Positions 39,306 through 53,864 are shown, counted from the stretch's first letter. The stretch: DNA of 64,000 nucleotides from Paraspadella gotoi (GCA_051294375.1 CM119271.1:2879929-2943928), one strand, 5' to 3'. Notes: generated by a model not told the origin, from the sequence alone. A program made the numbers and translations.

Positions 39306-40704
39306 TCTCTCATATCGCCCGGGTCGTTTTCTTTCCCTGTGAATTCGAATGTTCCTTCCGACGCAACGTTTTTTTTTTGTCGACGACGTTATTGACGTTA
39401 TTCTTGTTCCATTGTGACGTCATCGACGTTAACTTCGCTCTCTGTGCGATGGTAATAACGGTTCACAGTTTCGGTTAACTGTTAATGACGTGATTCTCGA
39501 AGGTAATAACTGGCAACGACCTTTTATCAACATTTTTTTGGCATTTTCTCATTCGCCGTACTTAATCGGTCACGTTATCGACCCTGATTCTCAACTCAAA
39601 CGACGTCACGAGAGCGCTTTCCTACGTTCCTAACGACGTCACGAGCCGTATTCTCAAGAAAACCCATCGCCGCCGACTCTACGAGGGGGAAATTTTTATG
39701 AGTCGATGTTGGAGAAAGATTCGAGGAAAAACATCGAAGAATTTTTCGATGTCAAAAACTGAAAATATGGCGGAAGAGCTCAGCAGATTAAACAATNNNN
39801 NNNNNNTTACTGCACAGATCTTACTTTTCCTACACTTTTAGGCAAAACAATCAAAAGTCTGACAGTAGAGTTTGATTTATTTTTAAACTTGAATTGAATT
39901 TAAAAAAAAAAACAGCTCGCTGAACGAACAAACTACTTGAATATAAACCAAAAAAACAAACAAAACAAAAACAAATCTCAACATCTGGCAAAATGTCGAG
40001 CGATAAGACCATCTCTTATCCGGACGCCGTTGCTATGGGAATGATGCGCGCCGCCGGACACGCGGCGGTGGGCGTGGAGGCGCCGGAAGCGGATCGGTCG
40101 GACGAGGCGTTCGGCGGGGAATTTAAGCCGCCGCCGGGACCGAGAGAGGTTAAAGGGAGGGAAAGAAGAGGCGGGGGTTTGGGAAGATGTGAATTGATTG
40201 ATTGATTTAATTGATTAAAGCATTGTTTCATCGAGTTTTACTGATTAAGAATACTTTGGCATGCTTTAAGTATAACGTTTTCTACGTATTAAATCATGAT
40301 GCAAGACGCAAATTATCATTTAAAATTAAATTATTTGTATTTTATGTAACTGGAGTGTAATCGTCGTTTTGCAATCGTGTCGTGTTGCTCGGGTTAGACT
40401 GATTTCTGATTTCTGATTTCTTTAAACCTAAGGTTCGTCGTCATCCTCGTCGTTGTCGTCGTCGTTGTTTTCGTCGTCGTCGTCGTCGTTGTTTTCGTCG
40501 CATCTTTTTGCGCCATTTCTCTTTCTCACTTTCAATGGTCAAGGCTTAAGATTTGTCGAGCATTTGTCTAGATTATCCGACCAACTCCCATATATATCCT
40601 CTGAACGCTAAAGAGACAAGGAATCCAATGTCATGTGAAAGGAAGAGAGAGAGAGAGAGAGAGAAAGAGGAGAGAGAGAGAGAGAGAGAGAGGAGAAGAG
40701 AGAG

Positions 40705-40817
<113 letters not shown>

Positions 40818-42130
40818 TGTATTTTCCTTGTCATTTTGTAAATTTCCAAGCCTCATATGGCAACGACAACGACTATTGCTTTCGCAAAAACAAAATGCGT
40901 TATCGTTAATGGAATAATACTGGTTTGCATTTTGAATGGCCGGGTCGTTAGACGTAAGAGATTGTTATTTATTTATCTTATTCAACATGAAAAGGAACGT
41001 ATTGTTTGTCCTTTTTCATTACGGCGCAGGTTTTGTTTATTTTCCGAATGGCGCCGGTATTGTTTATCATTGATGACTTTCGTTGTTTATCTCATATGGC
41101 GCTGCGCCAACTTCCTCGCAAATGGTGTCGGAAGCGATAGGTTCTCGCTTGGAGACAAAAATTCTTGACGCCAAATTGAAAATGATGGTTTAAAAGAATT
41201 CGGGAAAAGAGATTAATTTCTGGCGAAAGCTTTTTTAATCAACTTTTTATACGAGGTCTTTGAAAATATATGGGTTGTTCCTAATTCATAGGTTGAATGA
41301 AACGAGATTAAGTATAAAGAATATATAAAAATATAAAAAAATTTAAAAACATAATTAATACGTCGTGGTAGCGCGTCTAAAATTGCGTCTCGAAAATCTA
41401 ATCTTAAAAAAATTCTTAATCTAACGTAAAACGGTGAAACAATGATGAATTTTTAAGAAGCAACGCGAATGTTCCACCTGGTTCCATGTTTTTTTTTCCA
41501 TGCGCGCATAGAATATTTTTCTTTGGTTTCTATATTTGACAAGTTGATAATCGTCCTTCCAAACCTAAAAAAACACTTTTTTTTTCTTTGTGAAAACTTT
41601 TTTTTCAATACATTTGCTAGCATTTTTTTTTAAATTTAAATATGTAACTATGTATGATTAAATTTAATTTCATTTCATTTAAATGATTAAATAACGTACA
41701 CGACGACATTACAAGTATCTCTATAGAGAACCCGTCGCACAATAAAAATTCTGGCATTCTTTTTCCACGAACTTAATTTTGACCCCAACACTTGGGGGTC
41801 GCAATCTTTCCTTTCCTTTATAGTTCACTGTTCTTTGCTACAACAAGACGACCAACGAAAATGACTGACCCACAACAACAACAACGACAACTAAGACGAT
41901 ATACCAACGAGCCTCGTCAACATCGGCGCCTTAACCGCGTTAACACTCGGTCGTTTCGGCGTTAACCCAATGACGCCGGGGTCGTCGGCGGCGCCGTCCT
42001 TTTTCGCCGGTCTCTGCCCCCCCCCCTCCTTGGCATCGTTGGTCGCCTCGCCAAAGATATGGGTCTCAAGTGTCTGACCTTTGACCCCGAGTGACCCAGA
42101 GTTTTCTCGGTCTCAAGTAGTTGACGGAAA

Positions 42131-42619
42131 CGATTCGAAGTGAGAATGAAAAGTGATGAGAGTCATCTAGAGTGAGAAATGTCGATCCGAAGTGAGAATG
42201 AGAAGTGATGAGAGTCATCTAGAGTGAGAAATGTTGATTTGAAGTGAGAATGAGAAGTGATGAGAGTCATCTAGAGTGAGAAATGTCGATTCGAAGTGAG
42301 AATGAGAAGTGATGAGTGTCATCTAGAGTGAGATATTGTCGATTCGAAGTGAGAATGAGAAGTGATGAGAGTCATCTAGAGTGATATATGGTCGATTTGA
42401 AGAGAGAATGAGAAGTAATGAGAGTCATCTAGAGTGAGATATTGTCGATTCGAAGTGAGAATGAGAAGTGATGAGAGTCATCTAGAGTGAGATATTGTCG
42501 ATTTGAAGTAAGAATGAGAAGTGATGAGAGTCATCTAGAGTGAGATATTGTCGATTCGAAGTGATAATGAGAAGTGATGAGAGTCATCTAGAGTGAGATA
42601 TTGTCGATTTGAAGTGAGA
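42131..42619. repeat. Minisatellite, 52-bp unit, ~9 copies
   Basis: GAAGTGAGAATGAGAAGTGATGAGAGTCATCTAGAGTGAGAWATKGTCGATTY. Confidence 0.95.
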
Positions 42620-43746
42620 CTAAGTGGTATTTTTTGTGTTTTATCACTTTCATTTATTGTCTAATGGCTCACTCTAAGGGCCTGCAGCTACAAATAGACC
42701 CCCGAGCCTTTTAGTTAAAAAAAATCTTTATAACTGGAAAACGCGATTGTGGCGAGTGAAAGGAAAGAAAAAGGAAAAGTGAAGAAAGAAAAAAGTAAAA
42801 AGGGATGAAAAAAATGGGAGAAACATGTGGACAAAAGTGACTCGCTTTCAAAGTTGATAGTCGTGACTGAAGCGTTCAAGAATTAATTGAAGATAGAAAA
42901 TAAGGAGTAAAGAAAGACTGAAACCAGAATAGATTAAAGAGAAGAGGGAACCCAAACAAAAAATAAATTAAAAGGAAGAAAAAATAAAGAAAGAAAAAAC
43001 AAAAAGACATCCGGACCTCAGACCGAGAAACAAATGGGAATAAATGTCCTTCCATTCTGTTTGTAGTCGTTGAGAAATATGGCGACGTATTAATATCGTT
43101 TGCATATTGAAGAGAGGTGTTTACTGAACAATTTCATTATTCATTAAGTGGTTTTTTCCTCAGCTGTTCGGACCTCAAGATTAAGCGAAAAAATCGTACA
43201 AAACATAGATATTAAACATTTTTACTTTTAAATGTCAAGAGGGTAGAAATTGAACGAGAGTTAAATTGTGTATAACATAGATTTATATCAACGTGTCTTG
43301 TTGTAGTTCAGCCTTGGACCGTGACATCTAGAGGCTTCTCTGAATGTGATTGTTATTGTGATTATCCATGTGATCTTCTGTGATTAGCTAACTGTGCAGA
43401 GGAACTGCAGCCGTAGGCTCTAGTTTTACCTTAATGAGATTATTGAAATTAATTCAAAGATATGGAATTTTACTTCCAACATTCGTACGGAGCCATTATG
43501 TACATCCAAATACTGCAAAAACTGGAAACCGCATACCGCATATTGCGTAACACATAGAAGTTTAACTGGAATTTAAACGCAAAATAAAAATTAACTTACA
43601 GCTGCTAGCATTTTTATTTTGCGTTTAAATTTCAGTTTCAGTGTAAGCAGTAAGCAGTAAAAGAAGTAAACAGCTCGCATCGTCAACCTGAGAATAGCAG
43701 TTGCGTAAATTTTGCTGTCGTTCCGAATTTTCGTTTGGATTTTTTA

Positions 43747-43879
43747 ATGAAATTGGTACAACCAATATAAAAATTATCCATTCATTTAATAAATAAGCTA
43801 TCTTGCCCCTGACTTTGGACAGGCTTTGGTGGTTTAAGGCCTCCATCACTCTTACAAGATAATTACATAGCAGGTCCCT
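43747..43879 (-). mobile_element. Dispersed repeat family A, truncated copy
   Basis: Matches the first ~130 bp of the 51530 copy. Confidence 0.8.
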
Positions 43880-44742
43880 ATTTTAGATATTTCAAACATT
43901 TATTTTTTATTATCCTAATTTTTATTTATCTAAATCTGAAATTATTTACTTATTATTGGAATATGTGTTATCTTATTCATTCGTCTTTATAAATTTTGGA
44001 CTTTTTCCGTAGACGAAATTTTTCGATGTCGTCGTCGTCCTCCATGTCATCATCATCATCATCGTCGTCGTCGTCGCTGTCGTCTTCCATGTCGTCGTCG
44101 TCGTCGTCGTCGGCGTCTATAAAAATCGCTAATAACGTATCATTTATTTGAGAAAAAAAAATTTTCCGTTATTAAATTATTCATTAACGAATTTTTTTCA
44201 CCCCGTTTTCCCGCCACCGCTCTCTGCAGTCTAAAAATAGATTTATAATCCTGACAGATCGTTTTACGAGTTTTCTCATTAAAACATTTTTTTTTTTAAT
44301 TTTTTGGTCTTCAATCGAAGAGGAAAGCGTCGGTTATGGCTTCTTCCTTTTTTTTAAATTCTACTTTTAAACTTTTTAAAATTTTATTTTTTTAATAACG
44401 CGATAAAAAAATTAACAAGCCTTTCTATGACGGGTTACAAGCGAATTTTTAGCTTCATTAAATTTCGAGTTATTATGATAGTATGATACTTTTTAAAATA
44501 TTGATAGTAATAAATACAAAGGGTTTTTTTTCTGACATACAATCTTACCAATAGACAAGGGGTTTTTAAGATTTAAAGGTATTTTTTGGTCAGGCTGCAG
44601 GTGGCATTTTATACTTTTTAATATATTAAATTATTAATATTATTACGTTACGACGCGAACATAACGCTACTTAAACTCTACAAAGAACTTGGGAGGCCGA
44701 GCCATTACGAAGCCATTAACTCTTTTTTCAAAAAAAATTGTG

Positions 44743-44820
<78 letters not shown>

Positions 44821-45974
44821 TCTCTCTCTCTCTCTCCCTCCATCATCATCATTTTTATTTTTTAAAACCGGAAGTGTCTCCCTCTCGCTCTCGTCTCTCT
44901 CTTATCGCTTTGCTCTAAATAGAGGCGACGAAAGAGGCAAACCTTTCAGCGTTGAAAACCGACTATCAACTTTCTCTTCTCTTATTTTTTTTTAAAGTTG
45001 ATATTTAAAAAAAAAAAGAAAATTAATATAACTTCGTCTTTAATTCGCTTTAAAGATTAAATTTGTTACTGAAATCATTTTATCAACGTTGTCCTTGAGG
45101 CAGGCAGGCGNNNNNNNNNNNNNNNNNNNNNNNNNNNNNNNNNNNNNNNNNNNNNNNNNNNNNNNNNNNNNNNNNNNNNNNNNNNNNNNNNNNNNNNNNN
45201 NNNNNNNNNNNNNNNNNNNNNNNNNNNNNNNNNNNNNNNNNNNNNNNNNNNNNNNNNNNNNNNNNNNNNNNNNNNNNNNNNNNNNNNNNNNNNNNNNNNN
45301 NNNNNNNNNNNNNNNNNNNNNNNNNNNNNNNNNNNNNNNNNNNNNNNNNNNNNNNNNNNNNNNNNNNNNNNNNNNNNNNNNNNNNNNNNNNNNNNNNNNN
45401 NNNNNNNNNNNNNNNNNNNNNNNNNNNNNNNNNNNNNNNNNNNNNNNNNNNNNNNNNNNNNNNNNNNNNNNNNNNNNNNNNNNNNNNNNNNNNNNNNNNN
45501 NNNNNNNNNNNNNNNNNNNNNNNNNNNNNNNNNNNNNNNNNNNNNNNNNNNNNNNNNNNNNNNNNNNNNNNNNNNNNNNNNNNNNNNNNNNNNNNNNNNN
45601 NNNNNNNNNNNNGGTTTTAGAGGAGAGGGTAGGGACTCCCTGCCAGGAGGTTTTAGTGTTTTGGTAGAGTGAGTGAAAAAAGGATTAGTGAGGGTTTAAG
45701 GGGAGGGTAGGGTTTTAGAGAACTTAGAGAGAGAGAGTAGAGTAAGTATTTGGAGAGTTATGAGAGAGTAGGGTGATGCTCGCGAAAGGTAAGGTTAGCG
45801 GCAGGGCGAGCGCAAGGCCGGTTGGGTTGAAATAGGTAAGTAAGAAATGAGTCACTTTACGGGCGTAGTCTGAATTCACAGGATTCAGTGAGGGAAAAAA
45901 AGGTGGATTTTGGTGAAAAATTACTATTTACGGTGTTTTAGTCGAAATAGAAAGAAGATAGAAAAAAAAAGAAA

Positions 45975-47320
45975 GAAAGAGTGTCTTATTCTATTTACAT
46001 CAAGTTCTGTTCACGTGACTGAGCGATTCTAAATTGTGAAAGGCTGGAATATCTCTTTCCACGCTTCTGTGAAACCGGTTGAACGTGTGACAATCACGAA
46101 TCTCTCCTGGGCTTGACCTTGATTCTCGCTACCCGAATGTTTTTTTTTCTTTTCTCCCTTTTCCTCTCTCACAAAACCTCGTCACTTATCACTTGTCACA
46201 GGAATCGACGTCGTGACTTTTTTTAGCCGACGACGTCTCACGGGACCCAGACGTTTTTCAGCCAAAAGGGTCAGGAGGGCAAAACATTTTTTGGGGGTTG
46301 ATATAAGCGATTGGTCGATCGATAACCTACAGAAATCGTATGGCATTAGTTGTCGGTGGTTTGAGTCTCTGTCGTTGTTTGTCTGAGCTTTTGAGTGATG
46401 TATTAGGGAGAGAGAGNNNNNNNNNNNNNNNNNNNNNNNNNNNNNNNNNNNNNNNNNNNNNNNNNNNNNNNNNNNNNNNNNNNNNNNNNNNNNNNNNNNN
46501 NNNNNNNNNNNNNNNNNNNNNNNNNNNNNNNNNNNNNNNNNNNNNNNNNNNNNNNNNNNNNNNNNNNNNNNNNNNNNNNNNNNNNNNNNNNNNNNNNNNN
46601 NNNNNNNNNNNNNNNNNNNNNNNNNNNNNNNNNNNNNNNNNNNNNNNNNNNNNNNNNNNNNNNNNNNNNNNNNNNNNGAAAATATGAACACGAAGGTCAA
46701 TGCTCAATTGCCTACGTTTCCTATGACGCCAGAAGCAACGCTTCTGCCAACGCCAATGGCATGTTTCCATCTGACGTGAATTCCATTTTTTCGCGCTGGA
46801 ATGAGAAAGCGATTATTTCGNNNNNNNNNNNNNNNNNNNNNNNNNAAGAGATGTCTTACTTCTATTTACATGCAAGTTCTGTTCCACGTGACTGGCGATC
46901 TCTAAATTGTGATAAAGGCTGGAATATCTCTTTTCCACGACTTTTCTGTGAAAACCAGGTTGAAACCGTTGGCAATCCACGAATCTCTCCTGGCTTGACC
47001 TTGAATTCTCGTCTACCCGATAGTTTTTTTTTTTCTTTTCTCCCTTTTCCTCTCTCACAAGACCTCGTCACTTATCAACTGTTCCGAATCGAACGTCGTG
47101 ACTTTTTTTAGCCGCGACGTCTCACGCGGACCAGACCGTTTTTTCAGCAAAAGGGTCAGGGGAGGGCAAAACATTTTTGAGGGGTTGATATAAGCGATTG
47201 AGCCTCGATCGATAGCCATAGCAAATCGTATGGCAATTAGTTGTCGGTTGGTTTGAGTCTATCTGTCGCTTTTGGTCCTGAAGCTTCTTGAGTGTGTATT
47301 AAGGAGAGAGAGAGAGAGAT
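45975..47320 (+). repeat. Noisy direct duplication 45975-46416 / 46846-47320 around N-gaps
   Basis: Same sequence twice, differing by scattered 1-bp indels. Confidence 0.85.
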
Positions 47321-47911
47321 GAGACCCGAGAGCAGAAGGAGAGAGACGGCGAGAGCAGAGACGAGCAGACAATGAGACAATACGAAACAAATATTATTAC
47401 TGCCGGCTTTATGGCATCCTTTGAGGGCCTTTAAAAAGCTACCTATTTATCTAGGGAATATTTACAAATGTAATGACTTTGAAACAAAAGTCCATCGCAC
47501 TTCTAACTACAGTCGGCTTGAACAAACTTTCATGAAACTCTCCAATTGACAATGAACACAGATTCTCGCTCCTTTCCTTATGATTCCCATGCCCCAGAAG
47601 TAGTTCTATCGGAGATATATTGAAGTTTTGAATTACGATTAAAGAAATATCGATCAATAATGGTCATCAAACAAATTATTAAACAGAAATTATTACGAGA
47701 TACATTTTCTGTTAGCAAAAGTCGCGTACTATGCTGATAGGGGATTCATGTCTGCTGCATCTAATAAAATATTCAGTAGGGTATGAGAGGGGTAAATTTT
47801 GAAAAGTTCTTATGGCCAAAGTACTGAAGAGAGAGGAGAGAGATGAGAGGAGATGAGAGAGAGAGAAGAGATGATGAGAGAGAACTCAGTACGAGAAGAA
47901 AGAAGAGAAGA

Positions 47912-47950
<39 letters not shown>

Positions 47951-48908
47951 AATATTCAGACATATGCTTTAGTTTGATTTAAATATTGTGGGAGTTAGTT
48001 CGTCCGAGTTTTTCTATGGAACGCGGCACGAGTTGAGACTTTCCTGAAAAACGCTGAAAACTTATTTTGTTGCTGAATTAACGGAACAGAAAAAAGAACA
48101 ATATGTTTTGTTGTTTAAAATGTGAGAAAGACACCACCAAAGCCTGTCCAAAGTCAGGGGCAAGATAGCTTATTTAATAAATATTTATTATAAATGAATG
48201 AATAATTTTTTATTTTGCTTGTACCAATTTCATGTAACGAATATAGATAAAAAATAATCTCAATAACTGAATTCCCATGAAAATGTTTCAGGGGTCATTA
48301 TTTCACCGATACCTTAAAAATGTTTCAGGGGTCATTATTTCACCGATACCTTAATGGTCTTAATACGTTCATTGACGTCTTGGGGATACTTTTCAAAGAA
48401 GGCACGCCGGCACGGGGCAGAAGACCTGATGACTAAAGCAGGAAACGAGGCCGACAACGACGACAGTGACGTTAGTTGGATGATGACAATGATTACGACT
48501 TAGATGATAACAATGACGCCCACGTTGACAAAGACGACGACGACGAGGCCAGATCATTTGGAAGAAAAACCAGCGCCCCCACGTAATTGAGAGAGGAGGA
48601 GGAGGAGGAGGAGGAGGAGGAGGAGGAGGAGGAGCAAAGAAGAAGAAGAGGAAACAAGAAGAGAATTGAGTGGGAAGGTAAAGAGCGAGAGTCCATAAGT
48701 GAGAAACCGAAATAATAAAGGTTTCGACCGAATTCGATTAAGCGAAAGAGAAAAGGACAGATGGACAGACACGGAAATGTACTATACTAATTGATAATAT
48801 TGTAAAAATTTTTTATAACTTTATTTTATGACCATTACCTTAATTTCTAGATAGTTGAATACTTTATTGTACTCCACAATGGCATCAAAAGACAAGCAGC
48901 TGATTTTT

Positions 48909-49028
48909 ATCAAATTGGTACAACCAATATAAAAATTATCCATTCATTTAATGAATAAGCTATCTTGCCCCTGACTTTGGACAGGCTTTGGTGGTTTAAG
49001 GCTTCCATCACTGTTACAAGATAATGAC
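48909..49028 (-). mobile_element. Dispersed repeat family A, truncated copy (an opposite-orientation copy lies at 48133-48233)
   Basis: Same terminal sequence as the 51530 copy. Confidence 0.8.
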
Positions 49029-49840
49029 GTATTTGTTACATTATATTATTTATTGACTAACTAAATATATACATACTCTTATCTAAATTTCAAAAAATTC
49101 GCATCCAGAAAGATAGTTTGCCGATACTTTGCAGCAAAGTTTAAACTTTATCTTCACACAGTCGTGATTTCGATGGGCATTTTTTGCAACCAGACATGAA
49201 CATACAAACATACATGTATACGACTATACGTACATTACCAGGACGAACAAACAATCATACGATACCAAGGTACCTACTCATTCTCCTACTCCGTCTCTAA
49301 ACACTAAAATAAATGAGACTGTTGTGTTTTTGTTTTTTTTTACCTTCGACGAAATTCTCATTGTTTTTCCTCTTGTTGTTTCGTTGATGTTTTGTTGTTT
49401 TGGCAATCGCCCCCTATCGTCACCGCGGAAGTCGACTGTGAAGATAAGGTCGAAAATCACGACGACGACGATGAAGACGATTTAACCATTATGAAGACGG
49501 TCTTAAGGAAGAACGACTTGGTCAATGATTTTGGTGATTGCGTTGTTTTAGGAGGTTGTTGTTGTTGTTGTTGTTATTGTTGTTGTTGTTGTTGATAATG
49601 ATGGTGATGATTGATGATGATGATGATTGATGATAACGACGAAGGTGAAGTTGATAATGATTATTTTAATCATGATGATGAATGATTAATATTTTTTTTT
49701 TGATTATTCAAAACCAAACCTAACGAAGAGGACAACAACGACGAGTACGGAGGTAACGACAACAACGACGACAACGATTACGATGACGACGACGACGTTA
49801 CTTTGGAAAACGACAACGATGACAACGATTAAGAGTGAGG

Positions 49841-50306
49841 AAGTCAAGTCAAGTCAAGTCAAAGTCAAGTCAAAGTCAAGTCAAAGTCAAGTTCAAAGTC
49901 AAAGTCAAGCAAGTCAGCAAAGTCAAGAGTCAAAGTCAAGTCAAAGTCAAGTCAAGTCAAGTCAAGTGCAAAGTCAAGTCAAAGTCAAGATTCAAGTCAA
50001 GTCAAGTCAAAGTCAAGTCAAGTCAAAGTCAAAGTCAAAGTAGTCCCAAGGTCAAGTCAAAGTCAAGGTCAAAGTCTAGTCAAAGTCAAGATCAAAGTCA
50101 AGTCAAAAGTCAGTCAAAGTCAGAAAGTCAAGTCACAAGTTCAAGTCAATAAGTCAAGTCAAAGAAGTCAGTCAAAAAGTCAAAGTAATCACAGTCAAAG
50201 TCAATCAGATCAGTCAAAGTCAAGTCAAATCAAGTTCAAGTCAAAGTCCAAAGTCAAAGTCAAGTCAAAGTCAAGTCAAAGTCAAGTCAAGGTCAAAGTT
50301 AAGTCA
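49841..50306. repeat. (AAGTC/AAAGTC)n simple repeat
   Basis: Visible penta/hexanucleotide array. Confidence 0.95.
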
Positions 50307-50415
50307 GGTTGACAACGACGCTTTAGAAGACGACTACAACAACGACGATGATAACGACGACGATGATAACGACGACGACGACGACGACGACGAATGTTTT
50401 ATTTCCTTCTCTCAG

Positions 50416-50462
50416 GTGACGACGGAGATAATTTTTACGTCATCGATCAAGGATCCGTTGAT
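50416..50462 (+). CDS. PRKAR1: PKA-RI CNB-A exon (GDDGDNFYVIDQGSVD)
   Basis: Matches GDEGDNFYVIDQG; CAG/GTGAGT sites. Confidence 0.93.
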
Positions 50463-50968
50463 GTGAGTTTTTTCTTTTTCTTTTTCTTTTTCTCTTTCTC
50501 TTTTTTTTCTTTNNNNNNNNNNTTTTCTTTTTCTATTCTTTTTTTATTTACTTTATTTACTTTTTTTTTGTTTTGTTTAGTAATTAATTCAATTTAAAAT
50601 TATCTCGTTATTACTTTTTTTTTGTTTTTTCTCGTCGTTGTTTTATTTACTTTTTTTTATTTATTTATTTACTTTATTTACAATTGTATTTTTGTTCAAA
50701 AATATATCATTAATTCTTTTTTGTTTACGATTTTCATTAACTTTGTTTATTCGTTTTTTTCTCAGTAATTTTGTTACATATTGAAACTTTTGAACAAATG
50801 TAAACCTAAAAGTAAAACATCGACTAGTTAGCTAATTAAGAGTAACGCTGAGTCGATTCAAATCAGCCGAGCCAAGCAAAGAAAAACAACGAAGAACAAC
50901 CAATCGCTTCATTCCGTCGTTTCACCAATCAAAACATCGATCAAATCAATCAATCAATCAACTTTCAG

Positions 50969-51127
50969 ATCTACGTCCACGGCGAATACGTCTCATCCCT
51001 GGAAGACTCTGGTTCCTTCGGCGAATTGGCGCTCATCTACGGAACTCCGCGCGCCGCCACCGTCAAGGCGAAGACGGACGTCAAGTTGTGGGGAATCGAT
51101 CGGGATAGTTATCGAAGGATATTGATG
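50969..51127 (+). CDS. PRKAR1: PKA-RI CNB-A phosphate-binding cassette exon
   Basis: [53 protein letters not shown]; CAG/GTGAGG sites. Confidence 0.97.
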
Positions 51128-51529
51128 GTGAGGCGGGTGGGGGGTGTGGGGTTGGGTTCTGAACAGGTCTAATTTTGATTTTTTGTTCTATCTTTTTTTG
51201 TTACGACTTTAAAATTATTAAAATTAACTACGTTTTGATTTTTTTTTTTTTTGTTCATTTTAATTATTAAAATCACTTAAAATTTATAGAAATTTTTTTA
51301 GAAAAATTCTTACGAATGTCATTGCCACAAAAAATTGAAAGAGTTTTTTGAGAAGGGAGTTTTGGTTGGAGGCCTGATGATAATAGTGATAATAATAGTA
51401 TTGTTAATTATTATTAAGAATAGTTAGGAATGAGAGTATTTCTAGTAATTCGGGTTTTTGAATTATACCGATGCTTTTTTAAGTACACCGACGTCTGTAA
51501 ACTATTATCTTTTATGATTTTTATTTATT

Positions 51530-51738
51530 ATGAAATTGGTACAACCAATATAAAAATTATCCATTTATTTAATAAATAAGCTATCTTGCCCCTGACTTTG
51601 GACAGGCTTTGGTGGTTTAAGGCCTCCATCACTCTTACAAGATAATGACATAGCAGGTCCCTGCAAACTTTCAATCATGACTCTCTCACAGTCTCGTTTA
51701 TTCACTCCCAGAGTACCTGGCTTCCCTATCAATGAAGT
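51530..51738 (-). mobile_element. Dispersed repeat family A, long copy in a PKA-R intron
   Basis: ATGAAATTGGTACAACCAATATAAAAATTATCC...AGCTATCTTGCCCCTGACTTTGGACAGGCTTTGGTGGTTTAAGGCCTCCATCACTC is shared with the other copies. Confidence 0.8.
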
Positions 51739-51805
51739 AGTATATGTTTGTTTTAAAAAAAAAGAAATTATCCCTTCAATCATCCCTCCTCCCACTCCCA
51801 AACAG

Positions 51806-51962
51806 GGCAGCACCCTGCGCAAGCGCAAGATGTACGAAGAGTTTCTCTCCAAAATTCCGATTCTGCAAAACCTCGACGATTATGAGCGATTGACCGTCGC
51901 CGACGCACTTCAACCGGTCACCTTTGATGACGGCAAGAAGATCTTGGTCCAGGGACAACCGG
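51806..51962 (+). CDS. PRKAR1: PKA-RI exon, B/C helix and start of CNB-B
   Basis: [53 protein letters not shown]. Confidence 0.97.
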
Positions 51963-53864
51963 GTGGGTTCCGAGATTGGAGGGTGGGGCTGAGATGGGGC
52001 CGGTTGGGTGTATCTTTTTAATTTTCTAAGATTCTAGTGGTTTGTGGTTATTGTTAGGGGGCACAAATAAGTACGAATAAGTACCCAACACCTCTGCTGT
52101 AAAATATTAATCATTAACTCATGATAGATGAGGGGAGAAAATAGTAACGAATCAATTAAATAATTATCAATGGCGAAAGACTTGAATAATCAATGAATCT
52201 TTATTTAAATAAGACAATCAATGAATAAATTAAATCCACAAATGTTTATAGGGATTTCCACAAAGATCCAATCGAGATTCCACAAGAGTTTGTTCCTGAC
52301 ACTATAAATGGCTCTCTTCCTTCCTTTCTCCTTGCCGGTTCCATTGTGATGGCATCCGGTATTAACACGTGAACGTCGAGAGTTGGACACTTCAGCTTTG
52401 AGCGCCAGCTGACGGTGACATTCCACAGGCATCGCAAACGTTTTCCTCGTTGCTAATCGTATATTTTTATTTATTCATTTTGCTGTTCATGTAAATAAAC
52501 ATATATCGACGAGGTTATACTCTCCTTTCTCTTCCCTTTTATATTCTAAGTTAATCTTTCGTCTTATCTTTAATTTCCTCTCGGTACTTCTCCTTCCTCT
52601 TTGTTTATTCCTCTTTATCTTTCTTTTCTCTCTATTCGCTTTATATTTTTTTTTTTATTCTTTACTTTTTTCTTAAACATTAATTGATTTATTTTTTTTA
52701 TCTAATTTTTATTTTAAAATAGTCACCGATGATAGTGGTTCTCGTTCTTATGTAATTTCAATCAATAAATCACAATCTTTTCTTTTCTCTTCCCCCCACC
52801 TTAATTTCAAGCTAATAAAACCTCCCTCTGTCCTAATCGCCCCCTCTTACCTTCTTTCCCCCCATCCCCCCCTTAATAACCCCCCTCCGCCTCCCTCCGC
52901 CCCCCCTCTGCCTCTCTTTTTCCTTCCCATCTCGTATTCTCCAAGTTATTCCGCCTCTTGACTCTTGAGGCATCAATCTTATCAGCGGCCATCTTGAATT
53001 TCATGTTGCACTTAGCTCGTCTTAGCCGAGAGAAGCGACCTCCCAAACAAGGAACACACAAAATCCTTTATTCATAATTTCTTTAGTTATAAATAATGTG
53101 TAAAGTTATAGTGAGTTGCGCCCAGAGTGGCGAGGAAATAGTTTTCCAACTTTTCGCAGCTCATTTTTATTTTCGCCACATCGATCAACATTAATAGTAA
53201 AATTTTTTTTCTCCACTTATTAGTCATTTTTCACGTCATTTATCTCTCTCTCTCTCTACCTCTCTCTCGAATTCCCTCTTCTCTCTCTCTCTCTCTCTCT
53301 TCTCTCTTCTCTCTCTCTCTCTCCCCCCCCCCTTCTACACCTTTCTCTACATTACCATTCTACCTTTCAATATCAATTTGCATATTGCAGTTTTTATTTA
53401 CTAGAACCGCCGTCGATTTTACCGAAAAGAAGAAAATAATATTTTCTCGACACAATCGATATTTTTTGCTTCGCCCGAAATATTTTTCCGACTTTTGAAA
53501 TTCTAAAGAAGAAAAATTCGTTCCGATGTAGTGAGTTATGACCTGGTGGTCGGGATCGAGTGACTCGTATCGCTGATAATGACAAACTCGATAGAGCGAG
53601 TAAGTCTGTTGGATATCCAAAAGCCCATCCATCCTAGGTATCTTTTCAGATAATTTTTAAAGCCTCGAAGCTTGATAATTGCGTCGTTTACATCTCATGG
53701 ATAACTTGTAAAAAGTTTACCAGGTCTTTGTCTAATCTAAACCGCTACTATATGTACGTACGTAAATGAGATTAAATTTAAAGGAATCTAATTTAAAAAA
53801 CGAACCGCAAGTTACTCCGCTGTTCAATTGTTTATCAAAATTAATTCCCTTTTTTTTCCGGCAG

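Noticed and set aside
42131-42619. Regular 52-bp array resembling a CRISPR
   Set aside because: Units are head-to-tail with no unique spacers, there are no cas genes, and the context is eukaryotic: a minisatellite.
45975-47320. Biological tandem duplication
   Set aside because: Scattered single-base indels and flanking gaps indicate redundant unpolished reads.
49783-50152. S/Q/K/V-rich ORFs
   Set aside because: Translations of the AAGTC repeat.
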